Origin: Pseudomonas aeruginosa
GTDB lineage: Bacteria; Pseudomonadota; Gammaproteobacteria; Pseudomonadales; Pseudomonadaceae
Assembly (NCBI RefSeq): GCF_001457615.1
Contig: NZ_LN831024.1
Coordinates: forward strand, 5,910,001 to 5,942,000
Length of the DNA: 32,000 nt
Reading direction: 5' to 3'
Numbering within the stretch: position 1 is the stretch's first letter; the number at the start of each line of letters is the position of its first letter. The notes under the pieces are model-generated. The model was not told the origin of the DNA. It made no database searches and saw nothing but the letters and a program-made list of their open reading frames with translations. A program made the position numbers and the translations under genes. This document shows positions 18,603-27,788 of this stretch, piece by piece.

Positions 18603-19424
18603 ATGAACCATGTCATCACCCCCCACAGCAAGCTGCTCGGCGTCATCGAGCCGGTCCTCAACGACATGCCCGCCGGAACCCTGCGCCACGCACTGTTCCG
18701 GGCCTTCTGGGACGAGACGGCGTCGTTGCTGGACATCGAGGACGCCTTCGCCCGGGTCACCGCCCGGCGCCAGGCGGTCGAGCCGCTGCGCAAGTTCTTC
18801 GCCAGCTGGTCGAAGACCAACAACTCGGCGGCCAGCGTTTCCGGACTGGCCAATCGCCTTACCCTGCTGGCCCGTTCGGAACAGGGTTCGGCAGCGGCAG
18901 ACCAGCTCTATCGAGCCTGCGGCAGCCTGCAACGGATCACCGACGAAGACCTCGGCGCCCTCGGCAACACCGTGCATGCCGATCTTTTCTACACCATGGC
19001 CACCACCCTTTGCGGCGACGACCGCTGGCTGCTGCGCGAGAACTGCCTGCCTTCGGCGCAGGCGTTCAAGGACTGGACCGACCGCCAGCGCCTGCGCGAG
19101 CGCGACCTGATGCAGGGACTGCTGACCACGCTGGTACACGAGGTCTATACCCACGGCGAGGTGGAGTACATCCACCCGCTGTACAAGGAATGGTTCAGCC
19201 GCGACATGGGCGTACCCGCCGAACGCGCCCGCGCCACCGTGGCCTGGGTAACGGTGCACACCGGCGGCACCGAGAGCAATCACTTCGCCCACGCCACGGC
19301 GGCGGTGAACGCCTTCGTCGAGGCGATGGAAATCGAGGTGAACGAAGAAGCCGCGCGCAACCTGTTCGGGCTCTACCTGCGCAACAAGGCGCAGGTCATG
19401 CGTGACTGCGCGGCGCTGTTCTGA
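18603..19424 (+). CDS. Uncharacterised, mostly helical protein, possibly heme-oxygenase-like fold
   Basis: Start MNHVITPHSKLLGVIEPVLNDMPAGTLRHALFRAFWDETASLL at 18603 after a strong AGGAGG. His/Glu-rich helical C-terminus (HEVYTHGEVEYIHPLYKEWF; HTGGTESNHFAHATAAVNAF). The fold is a guess. Confidence 0.8.
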   Translation: MNHVITPHSKLLGVIEPVLNDMPAGTLRHALFRAFWDETASLLDIEDAFARVTARRQAVEPLRKFFASWSKTNNSAASVSGLANRLTLLARSEQGSAAADQLYRACGSLQRITDEDLGALGNTVHADLFYTMATTLCGDDRWLLRENCLPSAQAFKDWTDRQRLRERDLMQGLLTTLVHEVYTHGEVEYIHPLYKEWFSRDMGVPAERARATVAWVTVHTGGTESNHFAHATAAVNAFVEAMEIEVNEEAARNLFGLYLRNKAQVMRDCAALF

Positions 19425-19429
19425 GGACT

Positions 19430-19456
19430 GGCGGCCCTCCCGTCAGGGGGGCCGCC
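19430..19456. terminator. Hairpin between convergent genes
   Basis: GGCGGCCCTCC-CGTCA-GGGGGGCCGCC: 11-bp stem with one G-T pair, in the 36-nt gap between stop codons. Confidence 0.55.
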
Positions 19457-19460
19457 CCGC

Positions 19461-20678
19461 TCAGACTCGTGCCAGCGACGGCAGGTCGCCGCTGAGGCCA
19501 AGCGCCTGGCGGACGAACAGCGCCTTCGCCTCGTGATGGCCGTCGACCAGGCGCAGGCCGGCGTTGCGCAGCCAGCGCAGCGGCAACCGGTCGGCCTGGA
19601 ACAGGCGCTCGAAGCCTTCCATCGCCGTCATCATGCCCAGGTTGTGCGGCATCCGCCGCCGCTCGAAGCGACTCAGCACGCGTTCGTCGGCAAGCCGTTC
19701 GCCGCGCTCCAGGGCGTGCAACAGGACCTCGGACAGCACCGCCGCATCGAGGAAGCCCAGGTTCACGCCCTGTCCGGCCAGCGGGTGGATGGTGTGCGCA
19801 GCATCGCCGACCAGCGCCAGGCCCGGCTCGACGTAACGCTTGGCGTGCCGCTGGCGCAGCGGGATGCACAGGCGCCGGTCGGCATGCAGGATGGCGCCCA
19901 GGCGCTGTTCGAAGGCTTCGCCGAGGGCGGCGCGGAAGCCATCCTCGTCCAACGCCATCAGGCGTTCTGCCTGTTCCGGGGTGGTCGACCAGACGATCGA
20001 GCACCAGTGCTCGTCGCCGCGGTCCGGCAGGGGCAGGAAGGCCAGCGGACCGTCGTCGGTGAAGCGCTGCCAGGCGGTTGCGCGGTGCGCGTTCTCGCAG
20101 CGCACGCTGGTGACGATGGCGTGGTGCAGGTAATCCCATTCGCGGGTGGCGCAGCCGGCCAGGCGGCGTACCGCCGAGTTGGCGCCGTCGGCGGCGACCA
20201 CCAGCGGCGCACGCAGCTGGCGACCGTCGGCCAGGGTCAGCAGCCAGTCGTCGCCGGAGTGGCGCATCTGTTCCAGGCGCGCATTGGCCAGCAGGCCGGT
20301 GGTGGAATCGTGCAGGCGTTCCAGCAGGGCGTCCTGCACCACCCGGTTCTCGACGATATGGCCGAGTACCTCGGCGTGCACGCTGGCGGCGCTGAAGCCG
20401 ATCCGCCCGGTGCCGGAGCCATCCCACACCTGCATCTCGCGATAGGGCTCGGCGCGGCGCGCGACGATGCCGTCCCAGGCATGCAGGCGCTGGAGAATCC
20501 GCCGGCTGGCTTCGGACAGCGCGCTGACCCGCGGCTCGTAGGGCGCCTCCGGCTTGAACGGCGCCACGTCGAGCGAGCCGCCGTCCACCAGCAGCACCTC
20601 CAGGCCGCTGCCCTCCAGGGCCAGGGCCAGGGCGCTACCGACCATGCCGGCGCCGACGATGACCAGATCCGCGTGCAT
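19461..20678 (-). CDS. ubiI: FAD-dependent ubiquinone biosynthesis hydroxylase (UbiI/VisC-like)
   Basis: Start MHADLVIVGAGMVGSALALALEGSGLEVLLVDGG; GDAAHTIHPLAGQGVNLGFLDA motif; gene neighbourhood with ubiH and pepP. Confidence 0.8.
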   Translation of the reverse strand: MHADLVIVGAGMVGSALALALEGSGLEVLLVDGGSLDVAPFKPEAPYEPRVSALSEASRRILQRLHAWDGIVARRAEPYREMQVWDGSGTGRIGFSAASVHAEVLGHIVENRVVQDALLERLHDSTTGLLANARLEQMRHSGDDWLLTLADGRQLRAPLVVAADGANSAVRRLAGCATREWDYLHHAIVTSVRCENAHRATAWQRFTDDGPLAFLPLPDRGDEHWCSIVWSTTPEQAERLMALDEDGFRAALGEAFEQRLGAILHADRRLCIPLRQRHAKRYVEPGLALVGDAAHTIHPLAGQGVNLGFLDAAVLSEVLLHALERGERLADERVLSRFERRRMPHNLGMMTAMEGFERLFQADRLPLRWLRNAGLRLVDGHHEAKALFVRQALGLSGDLPSLARV

Positions 20679-20706
20679 ATCCTCGTTCTCCACTCGTGGG
20701 CCCTCT

Positions 20707-21189
20707 TCAGGCCGCGTTCCGCAGGCGCGGCTTGAGCCGCACGTACAGGGTTTTCTGAACCCGCGCCACCAGGGTGCCGGCGTCGTCGCGCACTTCGGCG
20801 TGCAGCCGGGGCAGGTACTTCTCGCCGCCGGCGGTCCGCTCGCGGACCTCGTCGAGCAGCTTCTGGTCGATGCTGAAATGCGCATGCACCGGGCCCTTGC
20901 CCGGGCTGACGAACTCGATGTTGGCCGCCTTGTCCCAGACCACGTAGTCGCGGCCCAGGTTCTCCATCAGCATCAGCATGAAGAACGGGTCGGTCATCGC
21001 GTAGAGGCTGCCGCCGAACTGGGTGCCTACATAGTTGCGATTGAGCCGGTTCAGGCCCATGCGCACCCGAACCTCGCGGAAATCGCCAGCGATGTGCCGC
21101 ACACGGATGCCCGCCCCCAGGAAGGGCGGGTAGAGATTCATGGCGAAGCGCAGCAGGCGGGCCTTGCGCGCCCTCGACCAGACCGGCAT
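20707..21189 (-). CDS. DUF4442 hotdog-fold (thioesterase-like) protein
   Basis: 160 aa ORF: FAMNLYPPFLGAGIRVRHIAGDFREVRVRMGLNRLNRNYVGTQFGGSLYAMTDPFFMLMLMENLG. Confidence 0.8.
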   Translation of the reverse strand: MPVWSRARKARLLRFAMNLYPPFLGAGIRVRHIAGDFREVRVRMGLNRLNRNYVGTQFGGSLYAMTDPFFMLMLMENLGRDYVVWDKAANIEFVSPGKGPVHAHFSIDQKLLDEVRERTAGGEKYLPRLHAEVRDDAGTLVARVQKTLYVRLKPRLRNAA

Positions 21190-21193
21190 GGCG

Positions 21194-22378
21194 CTACAGC
21201 GGCCGCGCGCCGAGGCCCATGGCCTGGCGGGCGAACCAGCGCTTGGCCGGCGGCAGCAGGTCGAGCCCGAGCAGGCCGAGGTTGCGCCCGGCGCCGAGCA
21301 GCGCGCGGTCGTTGGAGAACAGCCGGGTCACCCGGTCGGAGAAGCCGACGGTCATCTGCTGGTCCAGGCGCTGCCCATCGAGGTAGCGCTGCAGCACGGC
21401 GAACTCGCCCAGCGGCGCGTCGTCGTGGAGCAGGGCGTCGACCAGCGCCAGGGTGTCGCGCAACGACAGGTTGAAGCCCTGGCCGGCGATGGGGTGCAGA
21501 CTGTGCGCAGCGTTGCCCAGCACCACCAGGTGCGGACGCACCTGCTCGCGGGCCTCGACCAGGTGCAAGGGGTAGCAGTGCCGTGCGCCGACCTGGCGGA
21601 AGGCGCCGAGGCGGTAGCCGAAGGCAGCCTGCAGCTCGCCGAGGAAGGCCGCGTCATCGAGGCCACGCAGGCGTTCGGCGTCCTTGCCTGGGCGGGTCCA
21701 GATCAGCGCGCAACGGTTATCCGGCAACGGCAGCAGGGCCATCGGACCGCTGGGGGTGAAGCGCTCGAAGGCCTGCCCGAGGTGCGCCTCGGAGGGCGAT
21801 ACGTTGGCGATCAGCGCAGTCTGCCGGTACGGCGTCTGCTCCACGGCGATGCCAAGTTGTTCGCGCAGCCCGGAACGACCGCCATCGGCGAGGATCGCCA
21901 GCTCGCAATCGAGTTGCGTCTCGTCGTCGAGGGTAAGCCGGTAACCGCCCTCCCGGGCTTCCAGGGTCTTCACTTCGGCCGGGCAGTGCCAGCGCACCAC
22001 CTCGGGGTCGAGCGCCTTCCACAGGCACTGGCCGAGCCAGGCGTTCTCCACCACGTAGCCCAGCGCCGGCACGCCTTCCTCGATGGCGGTCAGGCGGGTG
22101 GCGCCGAAGCGGCCGCGGTCGGAAACATGGATATGCAGGATCGGCTCGGCGCGCTCGGCGATCGCCGGCCACAGGCCGAGTCGCTCGTAGATCTGCCGGC
22201 TGCCGTAGGATAGCGCCGAAGAGCGGGCGTCGTAGCTGGGCTGGTAGGCGTTGCCGGGGGCGAAGGGTTCGATCAGCACGATCGACCAGCCGCGCTCCCG
22301 AGCGCCGGCCTGCAGGGCCAGCGCCAGCGAGGCGCCGACCAGGCCCCCGCCGATGATCGCCAGGTTGACCTTGCTCAT
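21194..22378 (-). CDS. ubiH: 2-octaprenyl-6-methoxyphenyl hydroxylase (FAD monooxygenase)
   Basis: MSKVNLAIIGGGLVGASLALALQAGARERGWSIVLIEPF; GNAAHSLHPIAGQGFNLSLRDTLALVDAL; next to pepP. Confidence 0.9.
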   Translation of the reverse strand: MSKVNLAIIGGGLVGASLALALQAGARERGWSIVLIEPFAPGNAYQPSYDARSSALSYGSRQIYERLGLWPAIAERAEPILHIHVSDRGRFGATRLTAIEEGVPALGYVVENAWLGQCLWKALDPEVVRWHCPAEVKTLEAREGGYRLTLDDETQLDCELAILADGGRSGLREQLGIAVEQTPYRQTALIANVSPSEAHLGQAFERFTPSGPMALLPLPDNRCALIWTRPGKDAERLRGLDDAAFLGELQAAFGYRLGAFRQVGARHCYPLHLVEAREQVRPHLVVLGNAAHSLHPIAGQGFNLSLRDTLALVDALLHDDAPLGEFAVLQRYLDGQRLDQQMTVGFSDRVTRLFSNDRALLGAGRNLGLLGLDLLPPAKRWFARQAMGLGARPL

Positions 22379-22385
22379 CGTCACC

Positions 22386-23720
22386 TCAGGCTGCCTCGCT
22401 CTTGGCCGCGGCCATCAGCGCCTCGATCTCGGCGACGGTCTTCGGCACGCCGTTGGTCAGCACTTCGCAACCATTGCGGGTGACCACCACGTCGTCCTCG
22501 ATGCGTACGCCGATACCGCGCCACTTCTTCGCCACCGAGGTATTGTCCGGGGCGATGTAGATGCCCGGCTCGACGGTCATCGCCATGCCCGGTTCGAGCA
22601 CCCGCCATTCGCCGCCGACGCGGTACTCGCCGACGTCGTGCACGTCCATCCCCAGCCAGTGGCCGGCGCGGTGCATGTAGAAAGCCTTGTAGGCCTCGTG
22701 GGCGATCAGCTCGTCGACGTCGCCCTCCAGCAGGCCCAAGCGCACCAGCCCGGCGGTGATGACCCGTACGGTGGCCTCATGGGCCTCGTTCCAGTGGCGA
22801 CCGGGGGCGATGTAGTCGAACGCCGCCATGTTGGCTTCCAGCACCAGTTCGTAGATCGCCTTCTGCTCGGGACTGAAGCGGCCATTGGCGGGGAAGGTAC
22901 GGGTGATGTCGCTGGCGTAGCAGTCGATCTCGCAGCCGGCATCGATCAGGATCAGGTCGCCGTCCTTGATCGCCGCATCGTTCTCGCGGTAGTGCAGGAT
23001 GCAGGCGTTGCGTCCGGCGGCGACGATCGAGCCGTAGGCCGGCATCTTCGCCCCGCCCTTGCGGAACTCGTATTCCAGTTCGGCTTCCAGGTGGTACTCG
23101 AACAGCCCCGGCCGGCACACCTCCATCGCCCGGATGTGCGCCCGGGCGGAGACCTCGGCGGCGTAGCGCATGACCTTCACTTCGTTGGCGCTCTTGTACA
23201 GCCGCTGGTCGTGCAGCAGGTGGTCGAGGGCAACGAACTCGTTCGGCGGCTGCGCGCCCTGGCGGGCCTTGGAGCGGATCACGTTGATCCAGTCCATCAG
23301 CCGGCGGTCGAAGTCGGGATTGGCGCCAAGGGCGTAGTAGACCCGGTCGCGGCCTTCGATCAGGCCGGGCAGGATGTCGTCGATATCGCCGATGGGAAAG
23401 GCGTCGTCGGCGCCGTACTGGCCGATCGCACCGTCCTGGCCGGCGCGCAGGCCGTCCCACAGTTCACGCTCCGGATCCCGCTCGCGGCAGAAAAGCACGT
23501 ATTCGCCGTGGGCACGGCCGGGAATCAGCGCCATCACCGCCTCCGGCTCTGGGAAGCCGGTGAGGTACTGGAAGTCGCTGTCCTGGCGGTAGACATGCTC
23601 GACGTCGCGATTGCGGATGTACATCGGCGCCGCCGGCAGGATGGCGATGCTGTTGGGTTCCATCTGCGCCATCAGCGCCTTGCGCCGACGGGCGTACTCC
23701 GACTTGGGGATACGGATCAT
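22386..23720 (-). CDS. pepP: Xaa-Pro aminopeptidase P (M24B)
   Basis: MIRIPKSEYARRRKALMAQMEPNSIAILPAAPMYIRNRDVEHVYRQDSDFQYLTGFPEPEAV; metal-site motifs LILIDAGCEIDCYASDITRTFPANGRF, HRAGHWLGMDVHD, MAMTVEPGIYI. Confidence 0.96.
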   Translation of the reverse strand: MIRIPKSEYARRRKALMAQMEPNSIAILPAAPMYIRNRDVEHVYRQDSDFQYLTGFPEPEAVMALIPGRAHGEYVLFCRERDPERELWDGLRAGQDGAIGQYGADDAFPIGDIDDILPGLIEGRDRVYYALGANPDFDRRLMDWINVIRSKARQGAQPPNEFVALDHLLHDQRLYKSANEVKVMRYAAEVSARAHIRAMEVCRPGLFEYHLEAELEYEFRKGGAKMPAYGSIVAAGRNACILHYRENDAAIKDGDLILIDAGCEIDCYASDITRTFPANGRFSPEQKAIYELVLEANMAAFDYIAPGRHWNEAHEATVRVITAGLVRLGLLEGDVDELIAHEAYKAFYMHRAGHWLGMDVHDVGEYRVGGEWRVLEPGMAMTVEPGIYIAPDNTSVAKKWRGIGVRIEDDVVVTRNGCEVLTNGVPKTVAEIEALMAAAKSEAA

Positions 23721-23729
23721 GCAGAAACC

Positions 23730-24344
<615 letters not shown>

Positions 24345-24408
24345 CTAGCACCGCCCGCCCCGGCAAGACCATGCGACCGGTTGCCGGCGCGCCGGCCCGG
24401 CCGGGGCA

Positions 24409-24437
24409 TTGGCCCCGACCGGGGACGATCCTATATA
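24409..24437 (+). promoter_or_regulatory. Candidate sigma70 promoter for the coiled-coil gene / zapA unit
   Basis: TTGGCC (24409-24414), 17-bp spacer, TATATA (24432-24437). Confidence 0.5.
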
Positions 24438-24472
24438 GTTGTCCAATCACCCCAATTCCCAAGCGAGAGCCC

Positions 24473-24682
24473 ATGGAAGACGCCGATCTGCAATTGTTGA
24501 CGGCCAAGTTCGACCAGCTGCTCCAGAAGCTGGAACAGCTCAAGGCGGAGAACCGGCTGCTGCGGGCGAACGAAAAGTCCTGGCGCGAAGAGCGCGCTCA
24601 TCTGATCGAAAAGAACGAAATGGCGAGACACAAGGTCGAAGCGATGATTTTGCGTCTGAAAGCCTTGGAGCAGGACACATGA
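24473..24682 (+). CDS. Small coiled-coil protein (TIGR02449-like)
   Basis: MEDADLQLLTAKFDQLLQKLEQLKAENRLLRANEKSWREERAHLIEKNEMARHKVEAMILRLKALEQDT, 69 aa; ATGA overlap with zapA. Confidence 0.85.
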   Translation: MEDADLQLLTAKFDQLLQKLEQLKAENRLLRANEKSWREERAHLIEKNEMARHKVEAMILRLKALEQDT

Positions 24683-24993
24683 GCCAGTCGAATACCCTCA
24701 CCGTGCAGATTCTCGACAAGGAATACTGCATCAATTGCCCGGACGACGAGCGCGCCAACCTGGAAAGCGCCGCCCGTTACCTGGACGGCAAGATGCGCGA
24801 GATCCGCTCCAGCGGCAAAGTCATCGGCGCCGACCGGGTTGCCGTGATGGCCGCCCTCAACATCACCCACGACCTGCTGCACCGCAAGGAGCGCCTGGAC
24901 CAGGAAAGCAGCTCGACCCGCGAGCGCGTGCGCGAACTGCTCGATCGCGTCGACCGCGCCCTGGCGAATCCGGCCGATGCCGGCGAAGCCTGA
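24679..24993 (+). CDS. zapA: Cell division protein ZapA
   Basis: MSQSNTLTVQILDKEYCINCPDDERANLESAARYLDGKMREIRSSGKVIGADRVAVMAALNITHDLL. Confidence 0.92.
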   Translation: MSQSNTLTVQILDKEYCINCPDDERANLESAARYLDGKMREIRSSGKVIGADRVAVMAALNITHDLLHRKERLDQESSSTRERVRELLDRVDRALANPADAGEA

Positions 24994-25014
24994 CCCGGGC
25001 GCGGCCAATTCGGG

Positions 25015-25020
25015 TATACT
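25015..25020 (+). promoter_or_regulatory. -10 box (TATACT) upstream of 6S RNA
   Basis: TATACT about 7-12 nt before the predicted 6S closing stem. Confidence 0.6.
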
Positions 25021-25026
25021 GGCCTC

Positions 25027-25206
25027 CGCTCCCTGGTGTGTTGGCCAGTCGGTGATGTCCCTGAGCCGATAACTGCAACAACGGAGGTTGCCAGTTGGAC
25101 CGGTGTGCATGTCCGCACGACGGAAAGCCTTAAGGTCTACTGCAACCGCCACCTTGAACTTTCGGGTTCAAGGGCTAACCCGACAGCGGCACGACCGGGG
25201 AGCTAC
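25027..25206 (+). ncRNA. ssrS: 6S RNA; ends approximate
   Basis: 5' GCTCCC (25028-25033) pairs with 3' GGGGAGC (25197-25203) over a roughly 180-nt span; consensus -10 just upstream; located between zapA and the 5-formyl-THF cyclo-ligase gene, the classical ssrS position. Confidence 0.88.
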
Positions 25207-25214
25207 CTTTCCAC

Positions 25215-25826
25215 ATGATCGAATCGCAAGACCTCAGCCGCCCGGCCCTGCGCCGCAAGCTCCGCCAGGCGCGCCGCGCGCTCTCCCCCCTGCAGCAACG
25301 CCTCGCCGCCCGCGCCCTCTATCGACAACTGGCGCAGCATCCCCTTTTCCGCCGTGCCCGCCATATCGCCCTGTACCTGCCCAACGACGGCGAGATCGAC
25401 CCGCGTCCGCTGCTGCGTGCGGCGCAGAAGCGCGGCAAGGCCACCTACCTGCCGGTGCTGGCGCCCTGGCCGCGGACGCGCATGGTATTCCAGCGGGTCG
25501 GCAGCGGCGAACGCTGGACCCGCAACCGCTTCCGCATCAGCGAACCGCTGGCCGACGCCGGCCGCCAGCGCAAGGCCTGGGCGCTGGACCTGGTACTGCT
25601 GCCGCTGGTGGGGTTCGACGAACAGGGCGGGCGCCTGGGCATGGGCGGCGGCTTCTACGACCGCAGCCTGGCCTACCTGGCGAGGCGCAAAAATGGTCAC
25701 AAACCGACGCTGATCGGCCTGGCCCATGAATGTCAGAAGGTGGATCGACTGGCGCTGGCCAGCTGGGACATTCCCCTGGCGGGAACGGTGACCGATGCGG
25801 GCTGGTACGTGGCAGGGAAACGCTAG
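25215..25826 (+). CDS. 5-formyltetrahydrofolate cyclo-ligase
   Basis: MIESQDLSRPALRRKLRQARRALSPLQQRLAARALYRQLAQ; GRLGMGGGFYDRSLAYL motif; immediately downstream of 6S RNA. Confidence 0.92.
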   Translation: MIESQDLSRPALRRKLRQARRALSPLQQRLAARALYRQLAQHPLFRRARHIALYLPNDGEIDPRPLLRAAQKRGKATYLPVLAPWPRTRMVFQRVGSGERWTRNRFRISEPLADAGRQRKAWALDLVLLPLVGFDEQGGRLGMGGGFYDRSLAYLARRKNGHKPTLIGLAHECQKVDRLALASWDIPLAGTVTDAGWYVAGKR

Positions 25827-25876
25827 GAAGGAGGGAGAACCCTGGGTACCGCGTTCCATGCGATACCCGGCGAGTC

Positions 25877-26008
25877 TTACGGCTGTTGCGTCACCTGGGC
25901 GGGCGTACTGGCCTGTCGTTCCCAGAGGCTCTGGGTATAACCGGTGGTGACGACCCCAAGTCCGAAGATGATGACCAAAACCCACAGCAAGTCTGGCTTG
26001 CGCTTCAT
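25877..26008 (-). CDS. 43-aa predicted single-TM small protein (not in ORF track)
   Basis: Minus-strand ATG at 26008 preceded by GGGGGAGG (good SD); translation MKRKPDLLWVLVIIFGLGVVTTGYTQSLWERQASTPAQVTQQP* shows a positively charged start then a hydrophobic stretch. Confidence 0.7.
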   Translation of the reverse strand: MKRKPDLLWVLVIIFGLGVVTTGYTQSLWERQASTPAQVTQQP

Positions 26009-26192
26009 CGATTGCCTCCCCCTTCCAGGCAATTTTCGAGGCCGGTCCTTGCGATTATCTTATCGCCTGAGCACCCTGCCCCGCTGAAAAACGGCATTTT
26101 CCGATAAGCTGAAGTCATACGCAATTACACCGGCGACCGGTGGTCACGCGCAGACGTTTCCTACGTATATCTACGAAAGAGGAGCAAAGTTC

Positions 26193-26651
26193 ATGCCTGC
26201 CTACTGGCTGATGAAATCCGAGCCGGACGAACTCTCGATCCGCGACCTGCAACGCCTCGGAACCGCCCGCTGGGATGGCGTGCGCAACTATCAGGCGCGC
26301 AACTTCATCCGCAGCATGAACTCCGGCGACCTGTTCTTCTTCTACCACTCCAGTTGCCCGCAGCCCGGCATCGCCGGTATCGCCCGCATCGAAGGCGAAG
26401 CCTACCCCGATCCCACGGCCCTGGATCCCGCCAGCCCCTACCACGACCCCAAGGCCAGCGCCGGGAAGAACCCCTGGAGCGCCCGCGACGTCAGCTTCGT
26501 CGAAGCCTTCGCCGAGGTCGTTCCACTGGCCCGGCTGAAGGCCCAGGACGCCCTGGCCAACCTCGCCCTGGTGCAGAAGGGCAGCCGCCTCTCGGTAATG
26601 CCGGTCAGCGCCGAGGAATGGCAGGCGATCCTGCCGCTGGCGAAACGCTGA
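26193..26651 (+). CDS. EVE-domain protein
   Basis: MPAYWLMKSEPDELSIRDLQRLGTARWDGVRNYQARNFIRSMNSGDLFFFYHSSCPQPGIAGIARI. Confidence 0.93.
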   Translation: MPAYWLMKSEPDELSIRDLQRLGTARWDGVRNYQARNFIRSMNSGDLFFFYHSSCPQPGIAGIARIEGEAYPDPTALDPASPYHDPKASAGKNPWSARDVSFVEAFAEVVPLARLKAQDALANLALVQKGSRLSVMPVSAEEWQAILPLAKR

Positions 26652-26660
26652 AGCCATCGC

Positions 26661-27785
26661 TCAGGCCATCTGCGAGATGGTCCGGCGGAAACGCCAGAGC
26701 GCGCCGAAGAAGAACGCCGAACCGATCACCACGATACCGGCGAACTGCGGCCAGACGATGTCGAAACCGGCGCCGCGGAACAGGATCGCCTGGGCCAGGC
26801 TGACGAAATGCGTGGTCGGCGCCGCCAGCATGATGTTCTGCACCAGTTCCGGCATGCTTTCCCGTGGCGTGGTGCCGCCCGAAAGAATGTTCAGCGGCAG
26901 CAGCACGAGGATGGTCAACAGTCCGAGCTGCGGCATCGAACGCGCCACCGTGCCGAGGAATATGCCCATGGAGGTGGTGGCGAACAGATGCAATCCGGCG
27001 CCGAGCAGGAACAGTCCCACCGAGCCGCTGATCGGCACGTCCAGCCAGCCACGCACCACCCACTGCAACGAGAGCCCCGCCGCCACCAGCACCACCAGCC
27101 CCATCGACCAGACCTTGGCCATCATGATCTCGAAGGCCGACAGCGGCATCACCAGCAGGTGCTCGACGGTGCCGTGCTCGCGCTCGCGGATCAGCGCGGC
27201 GCCGGTGAGGATGATCGACAGCATGGTGATCTGGTTGATCACTTCCATCACCCCACCGAACCAGGCCTGGGTCAGGTTCGGGTTGAATTCCATGCGCACC
27301 TCGATCTGCGCCGGCATGCTCGGCTCCGCGCGGTAGCGGCTGACGAATTCGCGCACCTCGGTGGCGACGATGTTCTGGATGTAGCCCGCGCCAGAGAAGG
27401 CCTGCCCGGTCTGGGTCGCGTCGACGTTGACCTGGATCGAGGGCTTGCGCCCGGCGAGCACGTCGCGCTGGAAGTCCGGCGGGATATCGAGGGTGAAGGT
27501 ATACAGGCCGACGTCCATGCCGCGATCCATCTCGGCATGTCCGATCATTTCCGGCGGCCGGAAGTATGGGGGCTGGAAGGCATTGACGATACGCGACGAG
27601 AGCTGCGAGCGGTCCTCGTCGACCACCGCGATCGGCGCGTGATGCAAGGTTTCCGGAATACCGGTGGCGGAACTGTAGACGCCCAGGGTGAAGGCCCAGA
27701 CGATCAGTGCCAGCATCGCGTAGTCGCGGCCGAGACTGCGGAACTCCTTGATGCCCAGGTTGAAGATGTTGGCCAGGCTGCGCAT
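26661..27785 (-). CDS. ABC-2 type transporter permease
   Basis: MRSLANIFNLGIKEFRSLGRDYAMLALIVWAFTLGVYSSATGIP; motif LIREREHGTVEHLLVMPLSAFEIM. Confidence 0.92.
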   Translation of the reverse strand: MRSLANIFNLGIKEFRSLGRDYAMLALIVWAFTLGVYSSATGIPETLHHAPIAVVDEDRSQLSSRIVNAFQPPYFRPPEMIGHAEMDRGMDVGLYTFTLDIPPDFQRDVLAGRKPSIQVNVDATQTGQAFSGAGYIQNIVATEVREFVSRYRAEPSMPAQIEVRMEFNPNLTQAWFGGVMEVINQITMLSIILTGAALIREREHGTVEHLLVMPLSAFEIMMAKVWSMGLVVLVAAGLSLQWVVRGWLDVPISGSVGLFLLGAGLHLFATTSMGIFLGTVARSMPQLGLLTILVLLPLNILSGGTTPRESMPELVQNIMLAAPTTHFVSLAQAILFRGAGFDIVWPQFAGIVVIGSAFFFGALWRFRRTISQMA

Positions 27786-27788
27786 CGC

